Translations under genes and position numbers: made by a program
Origin: Eledone cirrhosa
Lineage: Eukaryota
Reading direction: 5' to 3'
DNA: 56,270 nucleotides
Assembly (NCBI GenBank): GCA_964016885.1
Contig: CAXHJY010000251.1
Span: 1 to 56,270 of the forward strand
Notes under the pieces: generated by a model
Database searches by the model: none
What the model was told of the DNA's origin: nothing
The model's input: the letters and a program-made list of their open reading frames with translations, nothing else
Shown: positions 27,426-42,000 of the stretch, piece by piece
Layout: each line of letters starts with the position of its first letter
Numbering within the stretch: the stretch's first letter is position 1

Positions 27426-30400
27426 TGGGTCTTTCACATGTCCACTTTACAGTGTGGGCTGGGTGCTTTTTGCTGTGTCTTTCACATGCCCACTTTACAG
27501 CATGGGCTAGGTGCTTTTTGCTGTGTCTTTCACATGTCCACTTTACAGTGTGGGCTAGGTGCTTTTTGCTGGGTCTTTCACATGTCCACTTTACAGCATG
27601 GGCTGGGTGCTTTTTGCTGTGTCTTTCACACGTCCACTTTACAGCATGGGCTGGGTGCTTTTTGCTGTGTCTTTCACATGTCCACTTTAAAGCATGGGCT
27701 GGGTGCTTTTTGCCATATCTTTCTCACATCCACTGTACATCATGGGCTGGATGCATTTTTGCTGTGTCTTTCACATGTCCACTTTACAGCATGGGCTGGA
27801 TGCTTTTTGCTGTGCCTTTCACATGTCCACTTTACAGCATGGGCTAGGTGCTTTTTGCTGTGTCTTTCACACGTCCACTTTACAGCCTGGGCTGGATGCT
27901 TTTTGTTGTGTCTTTCAGTGTCCACTTTACAGCATGGGCTGGGTGCTTTTTGCTGTGTCTTTCACACATCCACTTTACAGCATGGGCTGGGTGCTTTTTG
28001 CTGTGTCTTTCACACGTCCACTTTACAGCATGGGCTGGGTGCTTTTTGCTGTGTCTTTCACATGCCCACTTTACAGCATGGGCTGGGTGCTTTTTGCTGT
28101 GTCTTTCACACGTCCACTTTACAGCATGGGCTGGGTGCTTTTTGCTGTGTATTTCACATGCCCACTTTACAGCATGGGCTGGGTGCTTTTTGCTGTGTCT
28201 TTCACGCGTCCACTTTACAGCATGGGCTGGATGCTTTTTGCTGTGTCTTTCAGTGTCCACTTTACAGCATGGGCTGGGTGCTTTTTGCTGTGTCTTTCAC
28301 ACGTCCACTTTACAGCATGGGCTGGATGCTTTTTGTTGTGTCTTTCAGTGTCCACTTTACAGCATGGGCTGGGTGCTTTTTGCTGTGTCTTTCACACATC
28401 CACTTTACAGCATGGGCTGGGTGCTTTTTGCTGTATCTTTCACACGTCCACTTTACAGCATGGGCTGGGTGCTTTTTGCTGTGTCTTTCACATGTCCACT
28501 TTACAGCATGGGCTGGGTGCTTTTTGCTGTATCTTTCACATGCCCACTTTACAGCATGGGCTGGGTGCTTTTTGCTGTGTCTTTCACATGTTCACTTTAC
28601 AGCATGGGCTGGGTGCTTTTTGCTGTATCTTTCACATGCCCACTTTACAGTGTGGGCTGGGTGCTTTTTGCGGTGTCTTTCACATGTCCACTTTACAACA
28701 TGGGCTGGGTGCTTTTTGCTGTATCTTTCACATGTCCACTTTACAGCATGGGCTGGGTGCTTTTGGCTGTGTCTTTCACATGTTCACTTTACAGCATGGG
28801 CTGGGTGCTTTTTGCTGTATCTTTCACATGCCCACTTTACAGTGTGGGCTGGGTGCTTTTTGCTGTGTCTTTCACATGTCCACTTTATAGCATGGGCTGG
28901 GTGCTTTTTGCTGTGTCTTTCACATGCCCACTTTACAGTGTGGGCTTGGTGCTTTTTGCTGTGTCTTTCACATGTCCACTTTACAGTGTGGGCTGGGTGC
29001 TTTTTGCTGTGTCTTTCACATGTCCACTTTACAGTGTGGGCTAGGTGCTTTTTGCTGGGTCTTTCACATGTCCACTTTACAGTGTGGGCTGGGTGCTTTT
29101 TGCTGTGTCTTTCACATGTCCACTTTACAGTGTGGGATAATTGCTTTTTGCTCTGTTCTTTCACATGCCCACTTTACAGCATGGGCTGGGTGCTTTTTGC
29201 TGTGTCTTTCACATGTCCACTTTACAGTGTGGGCTGGGTGCTTTTTGCTGTGTCTTTCACATGTCCACTTTACAGTGTGGGCTAGGTGCTTTTTTCTGGG
29301 TCTTTCACATGTCCACTTTACAGTGTGGGCTGGGTGCTTTTAGCTGTGTCTTTCACATGCTCACTTTACAGCATGGTTAGGTGCTTTTTGCTGTGTCTTT
29401 CACATGTCCACTTTACAGTGTGGGCTGGGTGCTTTTTGCTGTGTCTTTCACATGCCCACTTTACAGCATGGTTAGGTGCTTTTTGCTGTGTCTTTCACAT
29501 GTCCACTTTACAGTGTGGGCTAGGTGCTTTTTGCTGTGTCTTTCACATGTCCACTTTACAGTGTGGGCTTATTGCTTTTTGCTGTGTCTTTCACATGCCC
29601 ACTTTACAGCATGGGCTGGGTGCTTTTTGCTGTGTCTTTCACATGTCCACTTTACAGTGTGGGCTGGGTGCTTTTTGCTGTGTCTTTCACATGTCCACTT
29701 TACAGTGTGGGCTAGGTGCTTTTTGCTGGGTCTTTCACATGTCCACTTTACAGTGTGGGCTGGGTGCTTTTTGCTGTGTCTTTCACATGCCCACTTTACA
29801 GCATGGGCTAGGTGCTTTTTGCTGTGTCTTTCACATGTCCACTTTACAGTGTGGGCTAGGTGCTTTTTGCTGGGTCTTTCACATGTCCACTTTACAGCAT
29901 GGGCTGGGTGCTTTTTGCTGTGTCTTTCACACGTCCACTTTACAGCATGGGCTGGGTGCTTTTTGCTGTGTCTTTCACATGTCCACTTTAAAGCATGGGC
30001 TGGGTGCTTTTTGCCATATCTTTCTCACATCCACTGTACATCATGGGCTGGATGCATTTTTGCTGTGTCTTTCACATGTCCACTTTACAGCATGGGCTGG
30101 ATGCTTTTTGCTGTGTCTTTCACATGTCCACTTTACAGCATGGGCTAGGTGCTTTTTGCTGTGTCTTTCACACGTCCACTTTACAGCCTGGGCTGGATGC
30201 TTTTTGTTGTGTCTTTCAGTGTCCACTTTACAGCATGGGCTGGGTGCTTTTTGCTGTGTCTTTCACACATCCACTTTACAGCATGGGCTGGGTGCTTTTT
30301 GCTGTGTCTTTCACACGTCCACTTTACAGCATGGGCTGGGTGCTTTTTGCTGTGTCTTTCACATGCCCACTTTACAGCATGGGCTGGGTGCTTTTTGCTG

Positions 30401-33400
30401 TGTCTTTCACGCGTCCACTTTACAGCATGGACTGGATGCTTTTTGCTGTGTCTTTCAGTGTCCACTTTACAGCATGGGCTAGGTGCTTTTTGCTGTGTCT
30501 TTCACACGTCCACTTTACAGCATGGGCTGGATGCTTTTTGTTGTGTCTTTCAGTGTCCACTTTACAGCATGGGCTGGGTGCTTTTTGCTGTGTCTTTCAC
30601 ACATCCACTTTACAGCATGGGCTGGGTGCTTTTTGCTGTATCTTTCACACGTCCACTTTACAGCATGGGCTGGGTGCTTTTTGCTGTGTCTTTCACATGT
30701 CCACTTTACAGCATGGGCTGGGTGCTTTTTGCTGTATCTTTCACATGCCCACTTTACAGCATGGGCTGGGTGCTTTTTGCTGTGTCTTTCACATGTTCAC
30801 TTTACAGCATGGGCTGGGTGCTTTTTGCTGTATCTTTCACATGCCCACTTTACAGTGTGGGCTGGGTGCTTTTTGCGGTGTCTTTCACATGTCCACTTTA
30901 CAGCATGGGCTGGGTGCTTTTTGCTGTGTCATTCACGCGTCCACTTTACAGCATGGGCTGGGTGCTTTTTGCTGTGTCTTTCACATGCCCACTTTACAGT
31001 GTGGGCTAGGTGCTTTTTGCTGTGTCTTTCACATGTCCACTTTACAGCATGGGCTGGGTGCTTTTTGCTGTGTCTTTCACATGCCCACTTTACAGCATGG
31101 GCTGGGGGCTTTTTGCTGTGTCTTTCACATGTCCACTTTACAGCATGGGCTGGGTGCTTTTTGCTGTGTCTTTCACATGCCCACTTGACAGTGTGGGCTG
31201 GGTGCTTTTTGCTGTGTCTTTCACATGTCCACTTTACAGCATGGGCTGGGTGCTTTTTGCTGTGTCTTTCACATGCCCACTTTACAGCATGGGCTGGATG
31301 CCTTTTGCTGTATCTTTCACATGCCCACTTTACAGCATGGGCTGGGTGCTTTTTGCTGTGTCTTTCACATGTCCACTTTATAGCATGGGCTGGGTGCTTT
31401 TTGCTGTGTCTTTCACATGCCCACTTTACAGTGTGGGCTTGGTGCTTTTAGCTGTGTCTTTCACATGTCCACTTTACAGCATGGGCTGGGTGCTTTTTGC
31501 TGTGTCTTTCATATGTCCACTTTACAGTGTGGGCTAGGTGCTTTTTGCTGTGTCTTTCACATGTCCACTTTACAGTGTGGGCTGGGTGCTTTTTGCTGTG
31601 TCTTTCACATGTCCACTTTACAGTGTGGGCTAGGTGCTTTTTGCTGGGTCTTTCACATGTCCACTTTACAGTGTGGGCTGGGTGCTTTTTGCTGTGTCTT
31701 TCACATGTCCACTTTACAGTGTGGGCTAATTGCTTTTTGCTGTGTTCTTTCACATGCCCAATTTACAGCATGGGCTGGGTGCTTTTTGCTGTGTCTTTCA
31801 CATGTCCACTTTACAGTGTGGGCTGGGTGCTTTTTGCTGTGTCTTTCACATGTCCACTTTACAGTGTGGGCTAGGTGCTTTTTTCTGGGTCTTTCACATG
31901 CCCACTTTACAGCATGGTTAGGTGCTTTTTGCTGTGTCTTTCACATGTCCACTTTACAGTGTGGGCTAGGTGCTTTTTGCTGTGTCTTTCACATGTCCAC
32001 TTTACAGTGTGGGCTTATTGCTTTTTGCTGTGTCTTTCACATGCCCACTTTACAGCATGGGCTGGGTGCTTTTTGCTGTGTCTTTCACATGTCCACTTTA
32101 CAGTGTGGGCTGGGTGCTTTTTGCTGTGTCTTTCACATGTCCACTTTACAGTGTGGGCTAGGTGCTTTTTGCTGGGTCTTTCACATGTCCACTTTACAGT
32201 GTGGGCTGGGTGCTTTTTGCTGTGTCTTTCACATGCCCACTTTACAGCATGGGCTAGGTGCTTTTTGCTGTGTCTTTCACATGTCCACTTTACAGTGTGG
32301 GCTAGGTGCTTTTTGCTGGGTCTTTCACATGTCCACTTTACAGCATGGGCTGGGTGCTTTTTGCTGTGTCTTTCACACGTCCACTTTACAGCATGGGCTG
32401 GGTGCTTTTTGCTGTGTCTTTCACATGTCCACTTTAAAGCATGGGCTGGGTGCTTTTTGCCATATCTTTCTCACATCCACTGTACATCATGGGCTGGATG
32501 CATTTTTGCTGTGTCTTTCACATGTCCACTTTACAGCATGGGCTGGATGCTTTTTGCTGTGTCTTTCACATGTCCACTTTACAGCCTGGGCTGGATGCTT
32601 TTTGTTGTGTCTTTCAGTGTCCACTTTACAGCATGGGCTGGGTCCTTTTTGCTGTGTCTTTCACACATCCACTTTACAGCATGGGCTGGGTGCTTTTTGC
32701 TGTGTCTTTCACACGTCCACTTTACAGCATGGGCTGGGTGTTTTTTGCTGTGTATTTCACATGCCCACTTTACAGCATGGGCTGGGTGCTTTTTGCTGTG
32801 TCTTTCACGCGTCCACTTTACAGCATGGGCTGGATGCTTTTTGCTGTGTCTTTCAGTGTCCACTTTACAGCATGGGCTAGGTGCTTTTTGCTGTGTCTTT
32901 CACACGTCCACTTTACAGCATGGGCTGGATGCTTTTTGTTGTGTCTTTCAGTGTCCACTTTACAGCATGGGCTGGGTGCTTTTTGCTGTGTCTTTCACAC
33001 ATCCACTTTACAGCATGGGCTGGGTGCTTTTTGCTGTATCTTTCACACGTCCACTTTACAGCATGGGCTGGGTGCTTTTTGCTGTGTCTTTCACATGTCC
33101 ACTTTACAGCATGGGCTGGGTGCTTTTTGCTGTATCTTTCACATGCCCACTTTACAGCATGGGCTGGGTGCTTTTTGCTGTGTCTTTCACATGTTCACTT
33201 TACAGCATGGGCTGGGTGCTTTTTGCTGTATCTTTCACATGCCCACTTTACAGTGTGGGCTGGGTGCTTTTTGCGGTGTCTTTCACATGTCCACTTTACA
33301 GCATGGGCTGGGTGCTTTTTGCTGTATCTTTCACATGTCCACTTTACAGCATGGGCTGGGTGCTTTTTGCTGTGTCTTTCACATGTTCACTTTACAGCAT

Positions 33401-36056
33401 GGGCTGGGTGCTTTTTGCTGTATCTTTCACATGCCCACTTTACAGTGTGGGCTGGGTGCTTTTTGCTGTGTCTTTCACATGTCCACTTTATAGCATGGGC
33501 TGGGTGCTTTTTGCTGTTTCTTTCACATGCCCACTTTACAGTGTGGGCTTGGTGCTTTTAGCTGTGTCTTTCACATGTCCACTTTACAGCATGGGCTGGG
33601 TGCTTTTTGCTGTGTCTTTCATATGTCCACTTTACAGTGTGGGCTAGGTGCTTTTTGCTGTGTCTTTCACATGTCCACTTTACAGTGTGGGCTGGGTGCT
33701 TTTTGCTGTGTCTTTCACATGTCCACTTTACAGTGTGGGCTAGGTGCTTTTTGCTGGGTCTTTCACATGTCCACTTTACAGTGTGGGCTAGGTGCTTTTT
33801 GCTGTGTCTTTCACATGTCCACTTTACAGTGTGGGCTAGGTGCTTTTTTCTGGGTCTTTCACATGTCCACTTTACAGTGTGGGCTGGGTGCTTTTAGCTG
33901 TGTCTTTCACATGCTCACTTTACAGCATGGTTAGGTGCTTTTTGCTGTGTCTTTCACATGTCCACTTTACAGTGTGGGCTAGGTGCTTTTTGCTGTGTCT
34001 TTCACATGTCCACTTTACAGTGTGGGCTGGGTGCTTTTTGCTGTGTCTTTCACATGCCCACTTTACAGCATGGGCTGGGTGCTTTTTGCTGTGTCTTTCA
34101 CATGTCCACTTTACAGTGTGGGCTGGGTGCTTTTTGCTGTGTCTTTCACATGTCCACTTTACAGTGTAGGCTAGGTGCTTTTTGCTGGGTCTTTCACATG
34201 TCCACTTTACAGTGTGGGCTGGGTGCTTTTTGCTGTGTCTTTCACATGCCCACTTTACAGCATGGGCTAGGTGCTTTTTGCTGTGTCTTTCACATGTCCA
34301 CTTTACAGTGTGGGCTAGGTGCTTTTTGCTGGGTCTTTCACATGTCCACTTTACAGCATGGGCTGGGTGCTTTTTGCTGTGTCTTTCACACGTCCACTTT
34401 ACAGCATGGGCTGGGTGCTTTTTGCTGTGTCTTTCACATGTCCACTTTAAAGCATGGGCTGGGTGCTTTTTGCCATATCTTTCTCACATCCACTGTACAT
34501 CATGGGCTGGATGCATTTTTGCTGTGTCTTTCACATGTCCACTTTACAGCATGGGCTGGATGCTTTTTGCTGTGCCTTTCACATGTCCACTTTACAGCAT
34601 GGGCTAGGTGCTTTTTGCTGTGTCTTTCACACGTCCACTTTACAGCCTGGGCTGGATGCTTTTTGTTGTGTCTTTCAGTGTCCACTTTACAGCATGGGCT
34701 GGGTGCTTTTTGCTGTGTCTTTCACACATCCACTTTACAGCATGGGCTGGGTGCTTTTTGCTGTGTCTTTCACACGTCCACTTTACAGCATGGGCTGGGT
34801 GCTTTTTGCTGTGTCTTTCACATGCCCACTTTACAGCATGGGCTGGGTGCTTTTTGCTGTGTCTTTCACACGTCCACTTTACAGCATGGGCTGGGTGCTT
34901 TTTGCTGTGTATTTCACATGCCCACTTTACAGCATGGGCTGGGTGCTTTTTGCTGTGTCTTTCACGCGTCCACTTTACAGCATGGGCTGGATGCTTTTTG
35001 CTGTGTCTTTCAGTGTCCACTTTACAGCATGGGCTGGGTGCTTTTTGCTGTGTCTTTCACACGTCCACTTTACAGCATGGGCTGGATGCTTTTTGTTGTG
35101 TCTTTCAGTGTCCACTTTACAGCATGGGCTGGGTGCTTTTTGCTGTGTCTGTCACACATCCACTTTACAGCATGGGCTGGGTGCTTTTTGCTGTATCTTT
35201 CACACGTCCACTTTACAGCATGGGCTGGGTGCTTTTTGCTGTGTCTTTCACATGTCCACTTTACAGCATGGGCTGGGTGCTTTTTGCTGTATCTTTCACA
35301 TGCCCACTTTACAGCATGGGCTGGGTGCTTTTTGCTGTGTCTTTCACATGTTCACTTTACAGCATGGGCTGGGTGCTTTTTGCTGTATCTTTCACATGCC
35401 CACTTTACAGTGTGGGCTGGGTGCTTTTTGCGGTGTCTTTCACATGTCCACTTTACAGCATGGGCTGGGTGCTTTTTGCTGTATCTTTCACATGTCCACT
35501 TTACAGCATGGGCTGGGTGCTTTTTGCTGTGTCTTTCACATGTTCACTTTACAGCATGGGCTGGGTGCTTTTTGCTGTATCTTTCACATGCCCACTTTAC
35601 AGTGTGGGCTGGGTGCTTTTTGCTGTGTCTTTCACATGTTCACTTTACAGCATGGGCTGGGTGCTTTTTGCTGTATCTTTCACATGCCCACTTTACAGTG
35701 TGGGCTTGGTGCTTTTTGCTGTGTCTTTCACATGTCCACTTTACAGTGTGGGCTGGGTGCTTTTTGCTGTGTCTTTCACATGTCCACTTTACAGTGTGGG
35801 CTAGGTGCTTTTTGCTGGGTCTTTCACATGTCCACTTTACAGTGTGGGCTGGGTGCTTTTTGCTGTGTCTTTCACATGTCCACTTTACAGTGTGGGATAA
35901 TTGCTTTTTGCTCTGTTCTTTCACATGCCCACTTTACAGCATGGGCTGGGTGCTTTTTTCTGTGTCTTTCACATGTCCACTTTACAGTGTGGGCTGGGTG
36001 CTTTTTGCTGTGTCTTTCACATGTCCACTTTACAGTGTGGGCTAGGTGCTTTTTTC
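18795..36056. repeat. Higher-order tandem duplication, period 8631 bp (~180 monomers), junction ~27425
   Basis: Pairs 19063/27694, 20655/29286, 21364/29995, 22786/31417, 25327/33958 and 25823/34454 are all offset by 8631. Private variants are shared by both copies: tttggctg at 20134/28765 and cacttgacag at ~22551/31182. Confidence 0.92.
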
Positions 36057-39000
36057 TGGGTCTTTCACATGTCCACTTTACAGTGTGGGCTGGGTGCTTT
36101 TAGCTGTGTCTTTCACATGCTCACTTTACAGCATGGTTAGGTGCTTTTTGCTGTGTCTTTCACATGTCCACTTTACAGTGTGGGCTAGGTGCTTTTTGCT
36201 GTGTCTTTCACATGTCCACTTTACAGTGTGGGCTGGGTGCTTTTTGCTGTGTCTTTCACATGCCCACTTTACAGCATGGTTAGGTGCTTTTTGCTGTGTC
36301 TTTCACATGTCCACTTTACAGTGTGGGCTAGGTGCTTTTTGCTGTGTCTTTCACATGTCCACTTTACAGTGTGGGCTTATTGCTTTTTGCTGTGTCTTTC
36401 ACATGCCCACTTTACAGCATGGGCTGGGTGCTTTTTGCTGTGTCTTTCACATGTCCACTTTACAGTGTGGGCTGGGTGCTTTTTGCTGTGTCTTTCACAT
36501 GTCCACTTTACAGTGTGGGCTAGGTGCTTTTTGCTGGGTCTTTCACATGTCCACTTTACAGTGTGGGCTGGGTGCTTTTTGCTGTGTCTTTCACATGCCC
36601 ACTTTACAGCATGGGCTAGGTGCTTTTTGCTGTGTCTTTCACATGTCCACTTTACAGTGTGGGCTAGGTGCTTTTTGCTGGGTCTTTCACATGTCCACTT
36701 TACAGCATGGGCTGGGTGCTTTTTGCTGTGTCTTTCACACGTCCACTTTACAGCATGGGCTGGGTGCTTTTTGCTGTGTCTTTCACATGTCCACTTTAAA
36801 GCATGGGCTGGGTGCTTTTTGCCATATCTTTCTCACATCCACTGTACATCATGGGCTGGATGCATTTTTGCTGTGTCTTTCACATGTCCACTTTACAGCA
36901 TGGGCTGGATGCTTTTTGCTGTGTCTTTCACATGTCCACTTTACAGCATGGGCTAGGTGCTTTTTGCTGTGTCTTTCACACGTCCACTTTACAGCCTGGG
37001 CTGGATGCTTTTTGTTGTGTCTTTCAGTGTCCACTTTACAGCATGGGCTGGGTGCTTTTTGCTGTGTCTTTCACACATCCACTTTACAGCATGGGCTGGG
37101 TGCTTTTTGCTGTGTCTTTCACACGTCCACTTTACAGCATGGGCTGGGTGCTTTTTGCTGTGTCTTTCACATGCCCACTTTACAGCGTGGGCTGGGTGCT
37201 TTTTGCTGTGTCTTTCACGCGTCCACTTTACAGCATGGACTGGATGCTTTTTGCTGTGTCTTTCAGTGTCCACTTTACAGCATGGGCTAGGTGCTTTTTG
37301 CTGTGTCTTTCACACGTCCACTTTACAGCATGGGCTGGATGCTTTTTGTTGTGTCTTTCAGTGTCCACTTTACAGCATGGGCTGGGTGCTTTTTGCTGTG
37401 TCTTTCACACATCCACTTTACAGCATGGGCTGGGTGCTTTTTGCTGTATCTTTCACACGTCCACTTTACAGCATGGGCTGGGTGCTTTTTGCTGTGTCTT
37501 TCACATGTCCACTTTACAGCATGGGCTGGGTGCTTTTTGCTGTATCTTTCACATGCCCACTTTACAGCATGGGCTGGGTGCTTTTTGCTGTGTCTTTCAC
37601 ATGTTCACTTTACAGCATGGGCTGGGTGCTTTTTGCTGTATCTTTCACATGCCCACTTTACAGTGTGGGCTGGGTGCTTTTTGCGGTGTCTTTCACATGT
37701 CCACTTTACAGCATGGGCTGGGTGCTTTTTGCTGTATCTTTCACATGTCCACTTTACAGCATGGGCTGGGTGCTTTTTGCTGTGTCTTTCACATGTTCAC
37801 TTTACAGCATGGGCTGGGTGCTTTTTGCTGTATCTTTCACATGCCCACTTTACAGTGTGGGCTGGGTGCTTTTTGCTGTGTCTTTCACATGTCCACTTTA
37901 TAGCATGGGCTGGGTGCTTTTTGCTGTGTCTTTCACATGCCCACTTTACAGTGTGGGCTTGGTGCTTTTAGCTGTGTCTTTCACATGTCCACTTTACAGC
38001 ATGGGCTGGGTTCTTTTTGCTGTGTCTTTCATATGTCCACTTTACAGTGTGGGCTAGGTGCTTTTTGCTGTGTCTTTCACATGTCCACTTTACAGTGTGG
38101 GCTGGGTGCTTTTTGCTGTGTCTTTCACATGTCCACTTTACAGTGTGGGCTAGGTGCTTTTTGCTGGGTCTTTCACATGTCCACTTTACAGTGTGGGCTG
38201 GGTGCTTTTTGCTGTGTCTTTCACATGTCCACTTTACAGTGTGGGCTAATTGCTTTTTGCTCTGTTCTTTCACATGCCCACTTTACAGCATGGGCTGGGT
38301 GCTTTTTGCTGTGTCTTTCACATGTCCACTTTACAGTGTGGGCTGGGTGCTTTTTGCTGTGTCTTTCACATGTCCACTTTACAGTGTGGGCTAGGTGCTT
38401 TTTTCTGGGTCTTTCACATGTCCACTTTACAGTGTGGGCTGGGTGCTTTTAGCTGTGTCTTTCACATGCTCACTTTACAGCATGGTTAGGTGCTTTTTGC
38501 TGTGTCTTTCACATGTCCACTTTACAGTGTGGGCTAGGTGCTTTTTGCTGTGTCTTTCACATGTCCACTTTACAGTGTGGGCTGGGTGCTTTTTGCTGTG
38601 TCTTTCACATGTCCACTTTACAGTGTGGGCTTATTGTTTTTTCTGTGTCTTTCACATGCCCACTTTACAGCATGGGCTGGGTGCTTTTTGCTGTGTCTTT
38701 CACATGTCCACTTTACAGTGTGGGCTGGGTGCTTTTTGCTGTGTCTTTCACATGTCCACTTTACAGTGTGGGCTAGGTGCTTTTTGCTGGGTCTTTCACA
38801 TGTCCACTTTACAGTGTGGGCTGGGTGCTTTTTGCTGTGTCTTTCACATGCCCACTTTACAGCATGGGCTAGGTGCTTTTTGCTGTGTCTTTCACATGTC
38901 CACTTTACAGTGTGGGCTAGGTGCTTTTTGCTGGGTCTTTCACATGTCCACTTTACTGTGTGGGCTGGGTGCTTTTTGCTGTGTCTTTCACATGTCCACT

Positions 39001-42000
39001 TTACAGTGTGGGCTAGGTGCTTTTTGCTGTATCTTTCACATGCCCACTTTACAGCATGGGCTGGGTGCTTTTTGCTGTGTCTTTCACATGTCCACTTTAT
39101 AGCATGGGCTGGGTGCTTTTTGCTGTGTCTTTCACATGCCCACTTTACAGTGTGGGCTTGGTGCTTTTAGCTGTGTCTTTCACATGTCCACTTTACAGCA
39201 TGGGCTGGGTGCTTTTTGCTGTGTCTTTCATATGTCCACTTTACAGTATGGGCTAGGTGCTTTTTGCTGTGTCTTTCACATGTCCACTTTACAGTGTGGG
39301 CTGGGTGCTTTTTGCTGTGTCTGTCACATGTCCACTTTACAGTGTGGGCTAGGTGCTTTTTGCTGGGTCTTTCACATGTCCACTTTACAGTGTGGGCTGG
39401 GTGCTTTTTGCTGTGTCTTTCACATGTCCACTTTACAGTGTGGGCTAATTGCTTTTTGCTGTGTTCTTTCTCATGCCCACTTTACAGCATGGGCTGGGTG
39501 CTTTTTGCTGTGTCTTTCACATGTCCACTTTACAGTGTGGGCTGGGTGCTTTTTGCTGTGTCTTTCACATGTCCACTTTACAGTGTGGGCTAGGTGCTTT
39601 TTTCTGGGTCTTTCACATGTCCACTTTACAGTGTGGGCTGGGTGCTTTTTGCTGTGTCTTTCACATGCTCACTTTACAGCATGGTTAGGTGCTTTTTGCT
39701 GTGTCTTTCACATGTCCACTTTACAGTGTGGGCTAGGTGCTTTTTGCTGTGTCTTTCACATGTCCACTTTACAGTGTGGGCTGGGTGCTTTTTGCTGTGT
39801 CTTTCACATGTCCACTTTACAGTGTGGGCTTATTGCTTTTTGCTGTGTCTTTCACATGCCCACTTTACAGCATGGGCTGGGTGCTTTTTGCTGTGTCTTT
39901 CACATGTCCACTTTACAGTGTGGGCTGGGTGCTTTTTGCTGTGTCTTTCACATGTCCACTTTACAGTGTGGGCTAGGTGCTTTTTGCTGGGTCTTTCACA
40001 TGTCCACTTTACAGTGTGGGCTGGGTGCTTTTTGCTGTGTCTTTCACATGCCCACTTTACAGCATGGGCTAGGTGCTTTTTGCTGTGTCTTTCAAATGTC
40101 CACTTTACAGTGTGGGCTAGGTGCTTTTTGCTGGGTCTTTCACATGTCCACTTTACAGTGTGGGCTGGGTGCTTTTTGCTGTGTCTTTCACATGTCCACT
40201 TTACAGTGTGGGATAATTGCTTTTTGCTCTGTTCTTTCACATGCCCACTTTACAGCATGGGCTGGGTGCTTTTTTCTGTGTCTTTCACATGTCCACTTTA
40301 CAGTGTGGGCTGGGTGCTTTTTGCTGTGTCTTTCACATGTCCACTTTACAGTGTGGGCTAGGTGCTTTTTTCTGGGTCTTTCACATGTCCACTTTACAGT
40401 GTGGGCTGGGTGCTTTTAGCTGTGTCTTTCACATGCTCACTTTACAGCATGGTTAGGTGCTTTTTGCTGTGTCTTTCACATGTCCACTTTACAGTGTGGG
40501 CTAGGTGCTTTTTGCTGTGTCTTTCACATGTCCACTTTACAGTGTGGGCTGGGTGCTTTTTGCTGTGTCTTTCACATGCCCACTTTACAGCATGGTTAGG
40601 TGCTTTTTGCTGTGTCTTTCACATGTCCACTTTACAGTGTGGGCTAGGTGCTTTTTGCTGTGTCTTTCACATGTCCACTTTACAGTGTGGGCTTATTGCT
40701 TTTTGCTGTGTCTTTCACATGCCCACTTTACAGCATGGGCTGGGTGCTTTTTGCTGTGTCTTTCACATGTCCACTTTACAGTGTGGGCTGGGTGCTTTTT
40801 GCTGTGTCTTTCACATGTCCACTTTACAGTGTGGGCTAGGTGCTTTTTGCTGGGTCTTTCACATGTCCACTTTACAGTGTGGGCTGGGTGCTTTTTGCTG
40901 TGTCTTTCACATGCCCACTTTACAGCATGGGCTAGGTGCTTTTTGCTGTGTCTTTCACATGTCCACTTTACAGTGTGGGCTAGGTGCTTTTTGCTGGGTC
41001 TTTCACATGTCCACTTTACAGCATGGGCTGGGTGCTTTTTGCTGTGTCTTTCACACGTCCACTTTACAGCATGGGCTGGGTGCTTTTTGCTGTGTCTTTC
41101 ACATGTCCACTTTAAAGCATGGGCTGGGTGCTTTTTGCCATATCTTTCTCACATCCACTGTACATCATGGGCTGGATGCATTTTTGCTGTGTCTTTCACA
41201 TGTCCACTTTACAGCATGGGCTGGATGCTTTTTGCTGTGTCTTTCACATGTCCACTTTACAGCATGGGCTAGGTGCTTTTTGCTGTGTCTTTCACACGTC
41301 CACTTTACAGCCTGGGCTGGATGCTTTTTGTTGTGTCTTTCAGTGTCCACTTTACAGCATGGGCTGGGTGCTTTTTGCTGTGTCTTTCACACATCCACTT
41401 TACAGCATGGGCTGGGTGCTTTTTGCTGTGTCTTTCACACGTCCACTTTACAGCATGGGCTGGGTGCTTTTTGCTGTGTCTTTCACATGCCCACTTTACA
41501 GCGTGGGCTGGGTGCTTTTTGCTGTGTCTTTCACGCGTCCACTTTACAGCATGGACTGGATGCTTTTTGCTGTGTCTTTCAGTGTCCACTTTACAGCATG
41601 GGCTAGGTGCTTTTTGCTGTGTCTTTCACACGTCCACTTTACAGCATGGGCTGGATGCTTTTTGTTGTGTCTTTCAGTGTCCACTTTACAGCATGGGCTG
41701 GGTGCTTTTTGCTGTGTCTTTCACACATCCACTTTACAGCATGGGCTGGGTGCTTTTTGCTGTATCTTTCACACGTCCACTTTACAGCATGGGCTGGGTG
41801 CTTTTTGCTGTGTCTTTCACATGTCCACTTTACAGCATGGGCTGGGTGCTTTTTGCTGTATCTTTCACATGCCCACTTTACAGCATGGGCTGGGTGCTTT
41901 TTGCTGTGTCTTTCACATGTTCACTTTACAGCATGGGCTGGGTGCTTTTTGCTGTATCTTTCACATGCCCACTTTACAGTGTGGGCTGGGTGCTTTTTGC

